This document shows, piece after piece, positions 39,316 to 52,320 of a DNA stretch of 64,000 nucleotides. This DNA comes from the human T2T-CHM13v2.0 reference genome, Homo sapiens. The notes beneath the pieces were generated by a model. It had not been told where the DNA came from, made no database searches, and worked only from the letters and a program-made list of their open reading frames with translations. How positions within the stretch are numbered: the stretch's first letter is position 1; every line of letters starts with the position of its first letter. The position numbers and the translations under genes were made by a program. The DNA lies in NCBI RefSeq assembly GCF_009914755.1, contig NC_060926.1. The stretch is one strand, 5' to 3'.

Positions 39316-42219
39316 GTTCTTAGATCTTTTATTTTAATGCCTTTAAAAATTGTTTTAGACAAATAGAGATTTACGTTCAACTTAAATTTTAACCACATTT
39401 GACACTTCCAATGAGAACTCAGCTGAGATGCCAGTAAAGTAAACAGAAACCTTCACACATGGCCGAGTCCACAGTGCCCTGGCTAGGATAAGTCATAGCC
39501 TGTTTCTCTATCTGGCCTACAAAAAGGTTTGTTTATTGTTTGTAAAACAATTGTAAGATCTGTTTCATAGATATTAAAATTTATATTTTGGCATGTTATA
39601 ACTGAAGAGATGGTATTATTATAAGAGAGAAGGAGACAGGATAACATGAAAACAAGATACACTTACATACATACTCACAAAATAAACTTCAGTAAAATGG
39701 TAACTACTATAGAGTGGTAAGTTTCCACATATCTTTTTCTTTCTTTTCAAATTTTTCTTGAATGAATGTCATACTTGCATAACAAAATGCCTTTTTAGCA
39801 AATGGTGCTGGAACCTCTAGATATTTACATGGGAGAAAAAGTAACTTCACCCCTACCTGTTACTACATACAAAAATTAATTTAAATTGGATAATATATTA
39901 AAGGGTGGCCAGATCTCTCTTCTTTTGATGTCAAATTTCAGGTAAATTCTATTAAATTATTTAAATCTTCACTCAGAAATAGAATTATTAAAGTATGATA
40001 GGGTGATAAGCAACAAATAATCAAAAAGAACACAATGTTTTGACCACTAGAGTGGCGAGAAGGTATGCAAGTTGGAAAGGTCTGTCTGAGTGTATTGAAG
40101 ACTGGGCCTGAAGAAGTCAGAGATGGCTTCTTAGAGCAGATTCTGAATAAGTGAAGGAATTAGCCAGGTGGATAATGAAAGTGAAGAGCATTTTTAAACA
40201 ACAAACACCATGGGCTTTGATACTGAGACATAATATTGCCCAGCGATTTCTTTGTTCTGAGGTTTAGTGTGTATTTCTTTGGCCTGTTACCGGGAGCTTA
40301 CTCTGGCTGAGCACTGTGGTAAGATGCTGTCATATATCCCCTCTTCTAACCATAAAAACCATATTTATTTCTAGGTTATTCCTTCAGCATCTGCCCACCT
40401 CAAGTATACTATAAGAAAGTCTGGGGACTGATGGCAATTCCTCAAATGTCTTTATCGCATTTTCTTTAGAAGATGTTACAAGCTTTTTAATATTGTCATA
40501 TGTTGGTACACAGAACATTCTTGGATTATTATTTTATACTGTGAAGAGGGAATTACATCAGTAATGGCAAGCCCTAGGAAGGTAGTTATATTTCTGACTT
40601 CATTCTGTTATTTGTTTTAATATCCTGTAGTAGGACCCCTCCTTGTATGATCAGGAATCAGATTTTCAAAAAAGCAAATGAGGTATCTCAGATCTTTTTA
40701 ATCTGATTAATGGGAAAAGAAGTGCTGAAGCAGAAAGCAAGTCTAGCATGTGTTTCTGCCAAAGAAACAGAAGCTGTCCTGCCCCCAGCCATGCCTACCA
40801 GACTCAGCCAACGCACAGCCTACTGGAATACTCCCATTCCATCCAAGTCAGCCCCAGGTCTTACCTGAAGGTCATAATGCCAGGCTCAGATACCTCCCCC
40901 ATCCATAACCCCAAGTACCTGCTATCAAAATTCCTCCAACAGAGAGATGCTTGAAGTGCATTGCAGGAAAGCCCCAATGAAGTCCTGGCAAGGAGAATTT
41001 TCACCTAGGTGCAAGTTCTGGCCTCACCTTGGGGCCAGTACATCAGACCATCTGTCTCGAGTTGTCAATCCCTCTGATCTTCAGGGATCAGAGAAATGGG
41101 CTGGTTTCATTCTGATCCCTGTGCCAAGGTGCCTCCTGACATACTGAATTGAAAAAAATACAGTGTAATCTTCACAATGGATAGCCCCCAGTGATGGGGT
41201 TTGGTAGATTTTATTTTCTAAATTACTTTCTGTATCTTCTAAATGTTTACAAGCATTATTTACAATAAGAAAAAAAGTTAAAGATACTTTAAACAATGAA
41301 TATAGTACTGATGTTGTTCCCTTTTCATTTATTTCATTATTATTTATTTGTTATTGGATATATTTATCATATTATGTATTATTTTATTTAAAACATTTTA
41401 ATATTTTCTCCATAATTTTGTTTCAAAATTTTAGAAGAAAATTATGTAACTGGACATTGGGGAATTCAATATGATCCATACAACTTTTAAAAGTCTGTGA
41501 TCTCCTTGTTAGGAGCAGTTTTACTCATCTGCAGTTTTTCTTTGTTTATTTTTACATTAAAAGTTGTTTTAAGTAAATATTCTATACTAGAGAAGCTCAT
41601 GTGCCAACTGATATTTCACAATTATTTTATATCCATGAATGAGGAAATGATATTAAGGGAATCATTTTCTCCCCTGGTCATGGATGGAAGGTAGTGTCGG
41701 GCCATACCATGTTGCTGTACTAATTCAGACAAAAAAAAAACATGGTTTTAATCACTGTAAACATGTATTTCATTATAATATTCAATTTTAAACTAACTTT
41801 GGCAGCAATTGTATTCTATGACCAATCCTACACTAAAAGATGAAAAGTAAATATAGTATGTTTTCTATCTTCAAGAAATGTATAATTAATTTTATAAGTA
41901 ATATGACAGGCAGCCCTCCTAAAGCAGTTTATATATAATATGTGACCTGAGAGGATTGTGAGGTAAATTTAATTATTTCTGTGTTTGTTTTTATTTTAGC
42001 AAATTTGTTACTTTAACCTTTGATGTTATTATTTGTATTTTTGTTTTATAATCAATGAAATTTAGCTTCCAGCATTTTACCTCAATAGGTTTGATTTCTG
42101 AAACAAAACCTACCTCATCCTATGGTAACTGCCGTTCAGTAAGGTTAAATATTTGAACCCACTTTTCTGTTCTTGATGCTTCCTAATTTTCCTAAACAGA
42201 TTTCCAAGGATGGAAGTTG

Positions 42220-42260
42220 GAGAGAGAGAGACAGCAACAGAGAGAGAGAGAGAGAGAGGC

Positions 42261-42294
<34 letters not shown>
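42220..42294. repeat. (GA)n microsatellite with two gcaac interruptions
   Basis: Directly visible. Confidence 0.95.
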
Positions 42295-42296
<2 letters not shown>

Positions 42297-42676
42297 CAGT
42301 TCATTTCTGCTGCTATAGCAAAATACTTTAGATGGCAATTTATAAAGAAAAGAAATGTATTTCTTACAGTTGTAGAGAATGAAAGTCAGTGTCTGGTGAG
42401 GGTCTGTTCCTCATTGACTGTGCTTTCTCTGCGTCCTCACATGGTGGGAGGAATGAAGGAAATGAATGTTGTGATCTTACATGGGGGGACAGATGGAAGG
42501 GCAAAAGGATCTCACTGTTCTCTCCAGCCCTTTTATGGGGGCACTAATCCCACCCACCAAGGTGGAGCCTTCGTGACCTAATCACCTCCCAAAGGCCCCA
42601 CCTCCTAATACCATCAGTTTGGTTTTTGACTTTTTACATATGAATTCTGGAAGGACAGACATTTAAATGATAGCAG
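42295..42676 (-). mobile_element. MST (C/D-like) MaLR LTR
   Basis: ctgctgctatagcaaaatac…gtgacctaatcacctcccaaaggccccacctcctaataccatca…catatgaatt…tagca. Confidence 0.85.
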
Positions 42677-42762
42677 AGAGAGTGAGAGAATGAGAGAAAG
42701 TGGAGAGTGGGAGAATGAGAGAAAGTGGGGATAATTATGGCATAAGAAACAGGAGAAAGAAT

Positions 42763-43042
42763 GGGAGGAAGGAAGGAAGGAAAGAAGGAAGGAAGGAAGG
42801 AAAGAAGGAAGGAAGGAAGGAAAGAAGGAAGGAAGGAAGGAAAGAAGGAAGGAAGGAAGGAAAGAAGGAAGGAAGGAAGGAAAGAAGGAAGGAAGGAAGG
42901 AAAGAAGGAAGGAAGGAAGGAAAGAAGGAAGGAAGGAAGGAAAGAAGGAAGGAAGGAAGGAAAGAAGGAAGGAAGGAAAGAAGGAAGGAAGGGAAGGAGG
43001 GAAGGAGGGAGGGAGGGAGGAAAAGGAAAAAGAAGGGAAAGG
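42763..43042. repeat. Pure-purine GGAA/AGAA higher-order repeat
   Basis: 280 nt with no pyrimidine; nine exact copies of aaagaaggaaggaaggaagg at 42781-42960. Confidence 0.98.
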
Positions 43043-43889
43043 CAGGGCTGGGCTGAGCTGGGAAGGGGTGCCATGAGGTAACCAGTGATAAAGAAGTTTC
43101 AAGCATTGAGTAATTTACAGCATATTTGTTTATTGGTTTTTGTCTACAGCCTGAACTATAATGAGGCAAACAATAAGTGATTAATCTGTATAGTATCCTA
43201 GAAATAAAGGCAGATCTCTTCAATGTTCTCCAATCTATTCAATCTTCTCTGTAATTTGCTCTTTCCAAAAATGCCTGATCCTTCAAATCACTTTGCTAAT
43301 CAACTCTACATGAGACTAAAACTATTTCTAGCACCAAAAGACCATCATCCCGGGCATTAACGAAGACCAGAGAAACCAACTTTCCATCATCTTAGTGTGC
43401 TAAAGGACAACAAATGTATGGCCAACAGAATTAACACAAGATATGGGTTGGTATCACTCCCTGAAGACGAACGAGGAAGAGAACATGACGTTGCACATTG
43501 GAATGACTGAAACTGACAGTGGTTCTCGCTGATGCTGGTGATTCTGGCCACAACACATGATTGGAATTTTATTTGAAACTCATCTGAGTGTTTTGTTTTT
43601 AATGTTGATTACATTTTAAAGAGGAGGAAAGAGGCTAAACATATTTTGCTACTGTTAGGTGTCAGTACTTTACATTCTGTCCCTGCTTCTTTGGGCAAAA
43701 TGAACCAACATCTCCTTTTGGAGCAAATGAAAGCTCTGCTCTTAGCTCTCATCACCTAAGTCTAGAAACTCCCACACAGCCACTAAATCACAGAAATAAG
43801 TCAAAGGGAGAATTAGTCAAATGTCTTTTTCCCTTGGTTCTCTGTTTTGCCTATTTTTACCAACTATCATATAGGCAAGAAAGAATGTC

Positions 43890-44930
43890 CTAGAATGAAT
43901 TACTTCATTCAAAAGTATTCATTGATTAACTTTCTCTACCTGGGTTCTCTCAGACAGCGCCATCCATTTATCATCAGGGTCAGTAAAAAAGGACAGAAAA
44001 AACCATTTTGCTTCTGTGCCTGGCTCTGTCCTAAACACAGGGGATAAAGACGTGAGTAAAACTGGCAAGATGCTCGATACAGTTCAGCTGTGTCCCCATC
44101 CAAATCTCACCTTGAATAGTATTAATCCCCTCATGCTAAGGGTGGTGCCAGGTGGAGATAATTGAATCATGGGGGGCGGTTTCCCCCATACTGTTCTTGT
44201 ATTAGTGAGTGAGTCTCACGAGATCTGATGGCTTTATAAATGAGAGTTCCCCCGCGCAAACTCTCTTCCTTGCCACTATGTGAGATATCCCTTTGCTCTT
44301 CCTTTGCCTTCTGCCAGGATCGTGAGGCCTCCCCAGCTGTGTGGAACTGTGAGTCCACTGAACCTCTTTCCTTTATAAATTACCCAGTCTCGGGTATGTC
44401 TATTAGCAGCATGAGAACGAACTAATACAACCCTAGCCTCTTGAGGCATAGAGCTTAGTGAAGGTTACAGACAATTAGAGTAATCACCCTACAATATTCC
44501 AGTATTTCAAATATGTAATTGTAAACTGTTAACTGTTAAGGAAAAAATAAGAAGTGATGAGATCTTGGCTGAGAGTGAGAAAAGTCTCCTGTAATGTGCT
44601 CTTTCATATGCGATCTGACGAGTGGAGAAGCCTTAGTTAAACTGCAAGAGTATAGAACCCTCTAGAAAGAGTCAAGCCTGTGTAATAGCTCTGCAACAAA
44701 AAAAGATCCTCTAAGCAAATGAAAGACTGCTTTGGTTACAGCAAAGATGAGAAAGTTGCACAAAATGCAGAAGTCATGAGAGGCCAGATGACAGAAGCTG
44801 TGTCAACAATTTAGGTTTAGAAGCCTAAAAGCAAAGAGGTTTATCCAGAGCAATGAAATAATCAGATTTTATCTTTTTAGAAAGTCTCCCTGCTGCTGGG
44901 TGCAGAATAATGGGAAAAGGAGGAATGGTC
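43890..44930 (-). mobile_element. L2, split by THE1
   Basis: ttcattcaaaagtattcattga…gtgcctggctctgtcctaaacacagggga; later taatcagattttatctttttagaaagtctccctgctgctggg. Confidence 0.6.
44075..44429 (+). mobile_element. THE1C-like MaLR solo LTR
   Basis: gctgtgtcccca.ccaaatctcaccttgaat…ccaggtggagataattgaatcatgggg…tttataaattacccagtctcgggtatgtc…actaataca. Confidence 0.92.
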
Positions 44931-45171
44931 TTAAATTTGATCCCAAGGTTGGACCTAGCATCATCTAAAGTTGCTGACTTTATTGCCCTGTCCCTCACCT
45001 CAATGCTTGGGCAGACCAACTAGCATCATCCCATTGCTTCCTCACTTGCAAACTCTCTAGTGTAATGTACAAATAATATATAGCAAAGGGCTCTACTATT
45101 TTCATGCTACTTTTTGGCAGCCTCTTCCCAAACAACCCAATGTCTGGGTGTATGAGATTGCTGCTTCCATT

Positions 45172-45633
45172 TGTAGCAGGACGAGCTGCAGACAAAACTC
45201 TTCAGACACCGAGTGAAAGAAGGAAGGGGTTTATTCGGCCCAAGGCATCGGCAAGACTCCTGTCTCAAGAGCCGAGCTCTCCGAGTGAGCAATTCCTGTC
45301 CCTTTTAAGGGCTCACAACTCTAAGGGGGTGCGTGTGAGAGGGTCGTGATCCATTGAGCAAGCAGGGGGTACGTGACTGGGGGCTGCATGCACCCGTAAT
45401 TAGGTAGGAACAAAACAGGATAGCGATTTTCACAGTGCTTTTCTATAGGATGTCTGTAATCTATAGATAACATAACCGATTAGGTCAGGGGTCGATCTTT
45501 AACTACCAGGCCCAGGGTGTGGCGCCGGGCTGTCTGCCTGTGGATTTCATTTCTGCCTTTTAGTTTTTACTTTTTCTTTCTTTGGAGGCAGAAATTGGGC
45601 ATAAGACAATATGAGGGGTGGTCTCCTCCCTTA
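45172..45633 (-). mobile_element. LTR2 (HERV-E/Harlequin) solo LTR
   Basis: The minus strand reads TAAGGGAGGAGACCACCCCTCATATTGTCTTATGCCC…CTCGTCCTGCTACA; 462 bp with a perfect 4-bp TSD catt on both sides. Confidence 0.93.
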
Positions 45634-45989
45634 CATTGAGGCCAACCTCACTGAGTCTTATGCTGGGTCCTTGCTTTTCATATGTCTGAATCTGCCTGGT
45701 TGACCTGGGATCATCCAATACCTTCATCTTTTCTGAGTGATTTTATTGTGGGTTTATCTGTTGTAATTCAGGCTTTTAGTTTTTTGACCCCATATAAAGT
45801 TTTTTTTACAGTTGTTTATTTTTTCTATTTCCACTTATGTTTAGAAGTGATGTGCCTTGTCTTCCAACATTTCTTCTTCTTTTGTTCTTATTTTGCTATG
45901 TTACTTGTAATTACCTTGTTTATCCTTTGTTACGTATTTTCAGTTTTCCAGTTTTTACCATCTGGCTAATTCTAAGGTATACATTTTGT

Positions 45990-46450
45990 TTTAAAAATAC
46001 TATTTCTACGCTGAAGACTTCTAAATATATATCTCCAGCCAAGAATTTTCTTCTGAACTCCAGAATCACAACTTCTCCATTGCTGTTTTCACTGGGACCA
46101 GTTTCATGCATTTCAAAATTAACATTCATGGAACTGAATTTCTGCTCTGGCACCTCACCTTCTCCCCTCTGGTCTTCTGGATCTGAAGAAACATTCTTTC
46201 CATGCATTAGTTTCCTCAGGCCAAGATATCTGGACATCTCTTTCCTTCTCATGCCCACATCCAATCCATCATCAACCTCTATGAGCTCACCCTCCAAATC
46301 TCTTCAGTAGCCGCTGCCACAAGCCCAGCTCAAATCATCAGCATCTTTTGCCAACTGCAGCTTCTTAGATCATCTTGTTGAACCTACTGTTGGCCTCTTC
46401 CAACTGGTTTTCCACATGGAATCCAGATCAATTTGAAGTGTAAATTAGGA
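45990..46450 (+). mobile_element. L2 fragment
   Basis: tacgctgaagacttctaaatatatatctccagcc…cccacatccaatccatca…ctccaaat. Confidence 0.7.
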
Positions 46451-46879
46451 TTTTTAAAACAATTTATTTTAAATAATGACTTCATTAAGTTCCAAAATTA
46501 CCAAGTTGAGAGTATATACCCTTCCTGGAGTGAGAAAATGAGAAACGAGGAGCATGATTGTGAAAGGGAGGAGCAGACCCTCAAATGTTGCTTAATTTGC
46601 CCACTTCTGGTCACTTTTTTGCAAACTTGCATTTTATCAATACCTTGTGTAGTGCATTGCCTGATAATTCGGACAGCATACCTTTTGCGGTTTATTTCAC
46701 ACCATTTCAGAGAGTGAACAGTCTGAATGCATGCCACCATATTTCCTGGAATATGGGTCACACATTTAAGCTAAACCTCTTTGCCATATGTTACCTCCGT
46801 GTGTCAATTTGTTATCATGAGCTTCTTCATCATGGTCCTATGGTTTCCTCCAAAGTAAAGGCAGCAATTATCTCTTTTA

Positions 46880-47115
46880 ATTACCATTCATTCATTGTTG
46901 ATTGAGCACCTACTGGTACAACAAACTGTGCTTTTTGTATGTATAGGAGCTACAGAGGTAAGTAAAGTTCAGTCACTGCCTTTAAGGAATTTAGAATTCG
47001 GTGGGGAAGATGAAACTTGTAAAAGTGCCATATGTCATGGTGTATGCAAAGTTGAACTGAAGTTCACAGGAAGGAATGGTCACTTCTAAAGTTGTTAGAA
47101 ATGACAGCTGGAAAC
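46880..47115 (-). mobile_element. L2 3' end
   Basis: cattcattcattgttgattgagcacctact…cactgcctttaaggaatttagaattcggtgggg. Confidence 0.6.
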
Positions 47116-47600
47116 TCCATGATATGATATTGATTATAGATTACAATCTCTCTCTTGGCTTATTTCTATTTTTCTTTAAGTTACTTTACAAATGTTTAGA
47201 AAATAGCTCAGCATATGACCCTGCCCAAAAGTTCACCCACGATATTCCATCTTTTGAAAGTTTTATCTTCCAAAATAGGCCACAATCATAACTGCTTAAT
47301 CCAAATTGCAATTACTCCTCAATGAAATCAGCTTTCTTAATTCATAAAGAAACTCAAGATCCAAGAGTTTGAATTTACTCCTGCCTTCCAGAGGGAAGAT
47401 ATTTTTAAAAATATTTCTCTGAAAATAAAAATATTAATGTTTAACAAGAGTTTTTACATCTTCCCTCCTCCATTTTTTTTTTTAAATTTCGAAGACCTTT
47501 GAAGGTCCTTGAAGTACATGAATCATAAAGGGGTCAATGCAACTTCTATAAGGTAGAATATTCTACTTTAACCCATGATATGAAACCACAAGACAAAGCA

Positions 47601-48000
47601 TTTATTATTTTTTTTGAATTTTTTCCTTTCATTTTAGGTGGCACATAATAATTGCACATATTGATGAGATACACAGTGATATTTCAATGTGTGTCTACAA
47701 TTTGTATATGACCCCCCATCTCTAAACCATATACAAAACTCAACTCAAAATAGATTAGAGACTTAAATGTAAGATCTGAAACTAAAAAACCATTAGAAGA
47801 AAACAGAGGGTAAATGCTTCAGGACGTTGATCTAGTAGGCATGGTATGGCTAAGACTTCAAAAACCCAGATAACAAAAACAAAAATAGACAGATGGGACT
47901 ATAGTAAGCTAAAAAGCTTCTGCACAGCCCAGGAAACAATCGACAGAACGAAGAGACAACCTATAGAATGGGAGAAAACATTTGCATACGATTCATCCAA
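47601..48000 (-). mobile_element. 5'-inverted, truncated L1MA
   Basis: 47601-47710 is the antisense tail plus L1MA terminus. 47710-48000 is sense ORF2 ([37 protein letters not shown]). Flanks are atttattattt and atttcttttt|aa. Confidence 0.8.
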
Positions 48001-50599
48001 ATTTCTTTTTAAAATATTGTGCAAGTTTAGTGACTCATACACATGAAAGTGTCGTGTAAACTGTGAAGAACCAAATCAACTGTGTGAAAAGTCCATAAGC
48101 CAACAGGATGACAATGCACAGAAGCAATTCTTTAAAGCCAGTGGAACCAAAGATAAATGGATGAGGAAATAGTGTCCTCAGTGTCATAATCACAAAGACA
48201 TCATTCATACTGTATTTTCAGCCTTCTTTAGGCTAATATTTTCCTCTTGTAGGATAAGATTTATTGGACTATTTCATCCGTAGCAGAGTTTAAAAATGGG
48301 AAAATGGGAATCACTCTTTGGAGTAGAAGATAGATGCATAGGAGGATTTCACCTATGGATCTTACCAACTCCAGCATGAACCATTTGGAATAACTTACCT
48401 GTAGAGTCTAAATGTGTTGCTGAGAAATGTGGACAAGAGAGCAGTAAGGCCCAGCTGAGACCAAGTTCAAGGTTAAGACACAAATTTAGACACTGCTCCT
48501 GAACAGTGGTAACCTCATTCCAGTAGTTCATTTTTGTATACTATCTCAAGACTAAAGAGGCTGCACACAATTGGATTTGACCTCTCTGTTTCTGGATTTG
48601 TTTATAAAATTTGGAAGTTGGACTATGTACACAGTAACCAGTACAATCATGAGATGCTGATTCTGGGAAATACTGGCGGTTAAGCCATTCTCTCCTTTCC
48701 TACCTTGATATCCTTAAATGCAGCATCTATGGATGGAAAACAGTTGTGGATATATAAACAGATGCCCAAACAGGACATTTATATGGTGCAAACCTCAGGT
48801 AAGCTAGATGAAGTTCTTAGGTAAATTTTTTTTCCAGAGAGATGTCCTTCAATAATTGCCACCAGCTGCATTTTGGTGGAGGAGCATCAGCCATAGTTCA
48901 ATAACTAAATCCTTGCTAGTGTCCTCCACATCTGTAGGTCTGACTGGTCCTTCTGATGAGCAACTGATCCCACAGCTCTTCCTGTTGTCCCGGAGAGTGA
49001 CTGCCTATACAATGCCACCCAGAAGTTTCCTAAGTGAAGTTCACAGATGATGGACATATAACCTGTGTTTTAAATCAGACTACAGAAATGTTTATTTAAA
49101 ACCGTTGAGAAAACCATCAAGACTTTTTTTTCATGATGTATTAACAGACTACTTTTAACTCTGTTCATAGTCACTTTGGAGAAACATGTGAAGCATATGT
49201 TAGGTGCTTCTAGGAAGTGATTATGTACTGTCACTAACATTGTGTCAAATAATGATCACAATGATGAAAAATGAGCATCGGTGTGGATTTGACAGGGGTT
49301 TTACCATTCTTTATTATTATTTCATTCATTTGATTACAAAATCCCTGAGTGCATTGACCACACTTGTTTTGTTCACCAACTTATAACCAAGTCCAACATC
49401 AAGGCCAGTAAATATTTCTTCACTAAATAAGTTAATAGTGGCCTCCTGACCTTGGAAAAAAGATGAAAATTACTTCCATGGTAATTAGAAGGCAATTCTA
49501 ACTCAGAGATGCTAAATGACTTTCCCCTAAAGCCTGGTAAATGGGGGAGTTGGGAATGTGTTTGGTAGCGTGGCCAACCCTTGAGACACTTGGGCAGATT
49601 CAGCAGGATGTCTGTGCCAAGCCGGCCACAATCTATCCAAATCTGCTCACTTGACTCAGTTATTTCTACTTATCCCCATTAGCTGTTTTGTCATCTCAGT
49701 CTGGAAGAAGTACCAGTCTTGTCCTGCTTATATAAGACCAGGATAGTTTTAGAATTGCATACCTTTAAGACTCAAACACACTTGCCACATGAGCTAAGGG
49801 CACCAGAGGCCCTGGTTCTCCACAAACTGTCCACTGCAGCAGCCTAAGGGGATACAAATTTCCACATCAATTTACCCTGGAATCACCTTACACCAAAGCC
49901 AGAGGGGATTTCTCATGAACGGAGGTCCAAAAGCTGCTTGTCTGAGGCTCCAATATTTTGCATACACAATATTTGTTTTTATTTACATCAAATGACAACA
50001 TTTACAGATTGGCAAACTGCATTTACACTTGGATTTCCAGCTTCTATTCAAAAATCAAAATGTTTGTCAAGTTTGGCTTCATTTTCTTTCAGAAGTTAAG
50101 TAGGAATCACCGCTCCATTATCCATTCTCCCCACGTTTCCTGCCATGTTCTATGATCCTATTCTAGGGCCCTTTATTCAATTTCATTTAAGGTCTGGGCT
50201 CTTAACATTGGAGTCTGCGGCCTTGTTTCTAGAAATCTCTGATAAAAAGCTGCATTAACTTCTGAGACTTCAATTGCTCTCAGTTAGCATATAAGTAATT
50301 CAGCCTGGAAAATAATTTGGACTCAAAAGAGTGAGCTAGCAACAGTTAGTAGGTTTATGAAATTTATATCTCAATATCCTCTTTTTGAGACTACCATTAT
50401 CTACAAGGTTTTAGGCAGTTTCTCCTTCCTTATCAGAAAGGCTGGGGACTGGCAGTCTTTACGCAGCCTGGTACCCTACTAGAAGATCAAAGGAAAATGC
50501 AGACAAATGTACTCTTCAGAGTTGTTCTTTTCCCCACTTCTTTACATTCCACCTAGCTTCAGAAGATAGAGTATTATATGTTTTGTGCCTGTTAGGTTG

Positions 50600-50765
50600 G
50601 GCTTTCTCAAAATGTGTGCTAGTGACCACCTCTATCAGAGTCACTTGGAATAATCAATTAAAAATTCCATGACCAAAATCTTGGAATTTTGAGTTTCAGG
50701 ACTTACATCTTTAACAAGGTTTCAGGTTGGGTCTAATGCAAATGAACATTGAAAAGTGTGGCCAT
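50600..50765. mobile_element. MER5-like hAT element
   Basis: tttctcaaaatgtgtg…atcagagtcacttggaa…ttaacaag…tctaatgca…tgaaaag. Confidence 0.55.
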
Positions 50766-50789
50766 AGAGTATCATCCTTTCAAGTCAGG

Positions 50790-52320
50790 ACAGTCTCATC
50801 ACACATCAACACCACGGGCCTCTAGACACCATCTACTCCCCTCTGTCCAGCCCAGCTGGTGTAGGTCTTGCTCACATAGTTCTGCATTGCCACACCAGCT
50901 TCCTGATGAGTTTCAATGGCTCCTCTTAGTCTCACTACTTTATGGAACCCTCACAACCCTGAATCACTTCAGTTCTCCACAGGGATGCTTCCAGAGTGAA
51001 AAGCTCATCCCTTCGCTAGCCTGATTAAAACCATTCATCAATGGCTCTCTAATACCCTGTTGACAAGAAGAGTCAAACTCTGTAAAATATTTTAAGAGAT
51101 TTATTCTGAGCCAAATATGAATGACCATGGCCCATGACCCAGCCCTCAGGAGGTCCTGAGAACATGTGCCCAAGGTGGTTGGGGTACAGCTTGGTTTTAT
51201 ACATTTTAGAGAGGCATGAGACATCAATCAAATACATTTAAGAAATACATTGGTTTCTTTCAGAAAGGTGGGACAACTCAAAGCGGGGGTCGGGGGGTTG
51301 GGGGGGCGGCTTCCAGGCTATAGGTAAATCTAAACATTTTCTGGTTGACAATTGGTTGAGTTTATCTGAAGACCTGGGATCAAAGGAAATGTTGAGGTGA
51401 CTATAAGGGATTGTGGAGACCAAGTTTTATTATGCAGAGGAAGCTCTCAGATAGCAGACTTCAGAGAGAGCAGGTTGTAAAATGTTTCTTATGGGACTTA
51501 AAAGGGTGCCTGCCTCTGAGTTGATTATCTCCTAGATTTGGAAAGGAAGGAAGGAAAACAAAGGAGAAAGGGGATTGTCTATAGAATGTGGATTTTGTTC
51601 CACAAGAGACTTTTCAGGGCAATTCCAAGGTATGGCAAGGAAATATATTTTGGGGTAAAACATTTTGATTTTTTCCCCTGTTATGCTGGAGTCAGAATGG
51701 AAAGTAAGTCAGGATATACAGGGATAAATAAAACCCATAGGATGAGAATTTATGGTTTTTAGGGTATGACTCCCCAGATCCCTTAGAAAGGAATTTGGGC
51801 GAGATAAAAAAATCAGAGCTTAGTCCTCAACCCTGCGCATAAAATCCAAACATTTTTAAAAATTTGGCTTCTAGCCCACCCCTCTCCTTCATCTCCTGCT
51901 ACGCAGCATGAGTCCTACCCTTCCTTCTACTGACTGGAAGTAGCTCTGGACCCTCAATTGTGGGCTTTGGGTAGTTCTTTTCATGGAGTGTGAGTCCCTC
52001 TGTCCCACTCCCTCACACAAAAGAAAACCTGAACCAAAACAAAACAAATGAGAAAGACTTTGAAGGAATTAAGTGAGTGTTACTTGGCTTGAAGTCTCAT
52101 TTTAGGGTATCAGTGCCTGAATCCTCCTCAACTCCCACACACAGGGCATCAGCTGGGTCAGGTCCCCTGTCCCGTCCACCTCAACTGCCCTCTCAGAGTT
52201 CATGCAGCCTTGAAATCAGGTTAGCTTGCAAGTATAGTACTGTGCAGCCTGGGGTTCTTTTAATTTTATAGTCTGCTCTTTCTGCAGTGCCTAGCAGAGT
52301 TCTTGCAACATTAATGAGAG
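50790..52320 (+). mobile_element. L2 fragments split by MER4E
   Basis: ctgattaaaaccattcatcaatggctctctaataccc | tgcgcataaaatccaaac is continuous L2 sequence across the LTR. Confidence 0.6.
51058..51829 (-). mobile_element. MER4E/E1-like ERV1 solo LTR
   Basis: The minus strand starts TGAGGACTAAGCTCTGATTTTTTTATCT and ends GAGTTTGACTCTTCTTGTCAACA; 772 bp with a perfect 4-bp TSD accc. Confidence 0.9.

Noticed and set aside
40041-40059. CTCF-like tgaccactagagtggcgag
   Set aside because: It has an extra base in the core relative to CCASYAGRKGGC, so the spacing is wrong.
42614-43223. Longest ORFs (106-162 aa; PSFL- and RKEG-rich)
   Set aside because: They are translations of the GGAA repeat, which has no stop codons in any frame.
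45682-46310. Overlapping 95-157 aa ORFs
   Set aside because: They lie in T-rich low-complexity and L2 sequence, with no recognisable domain or exon structure.
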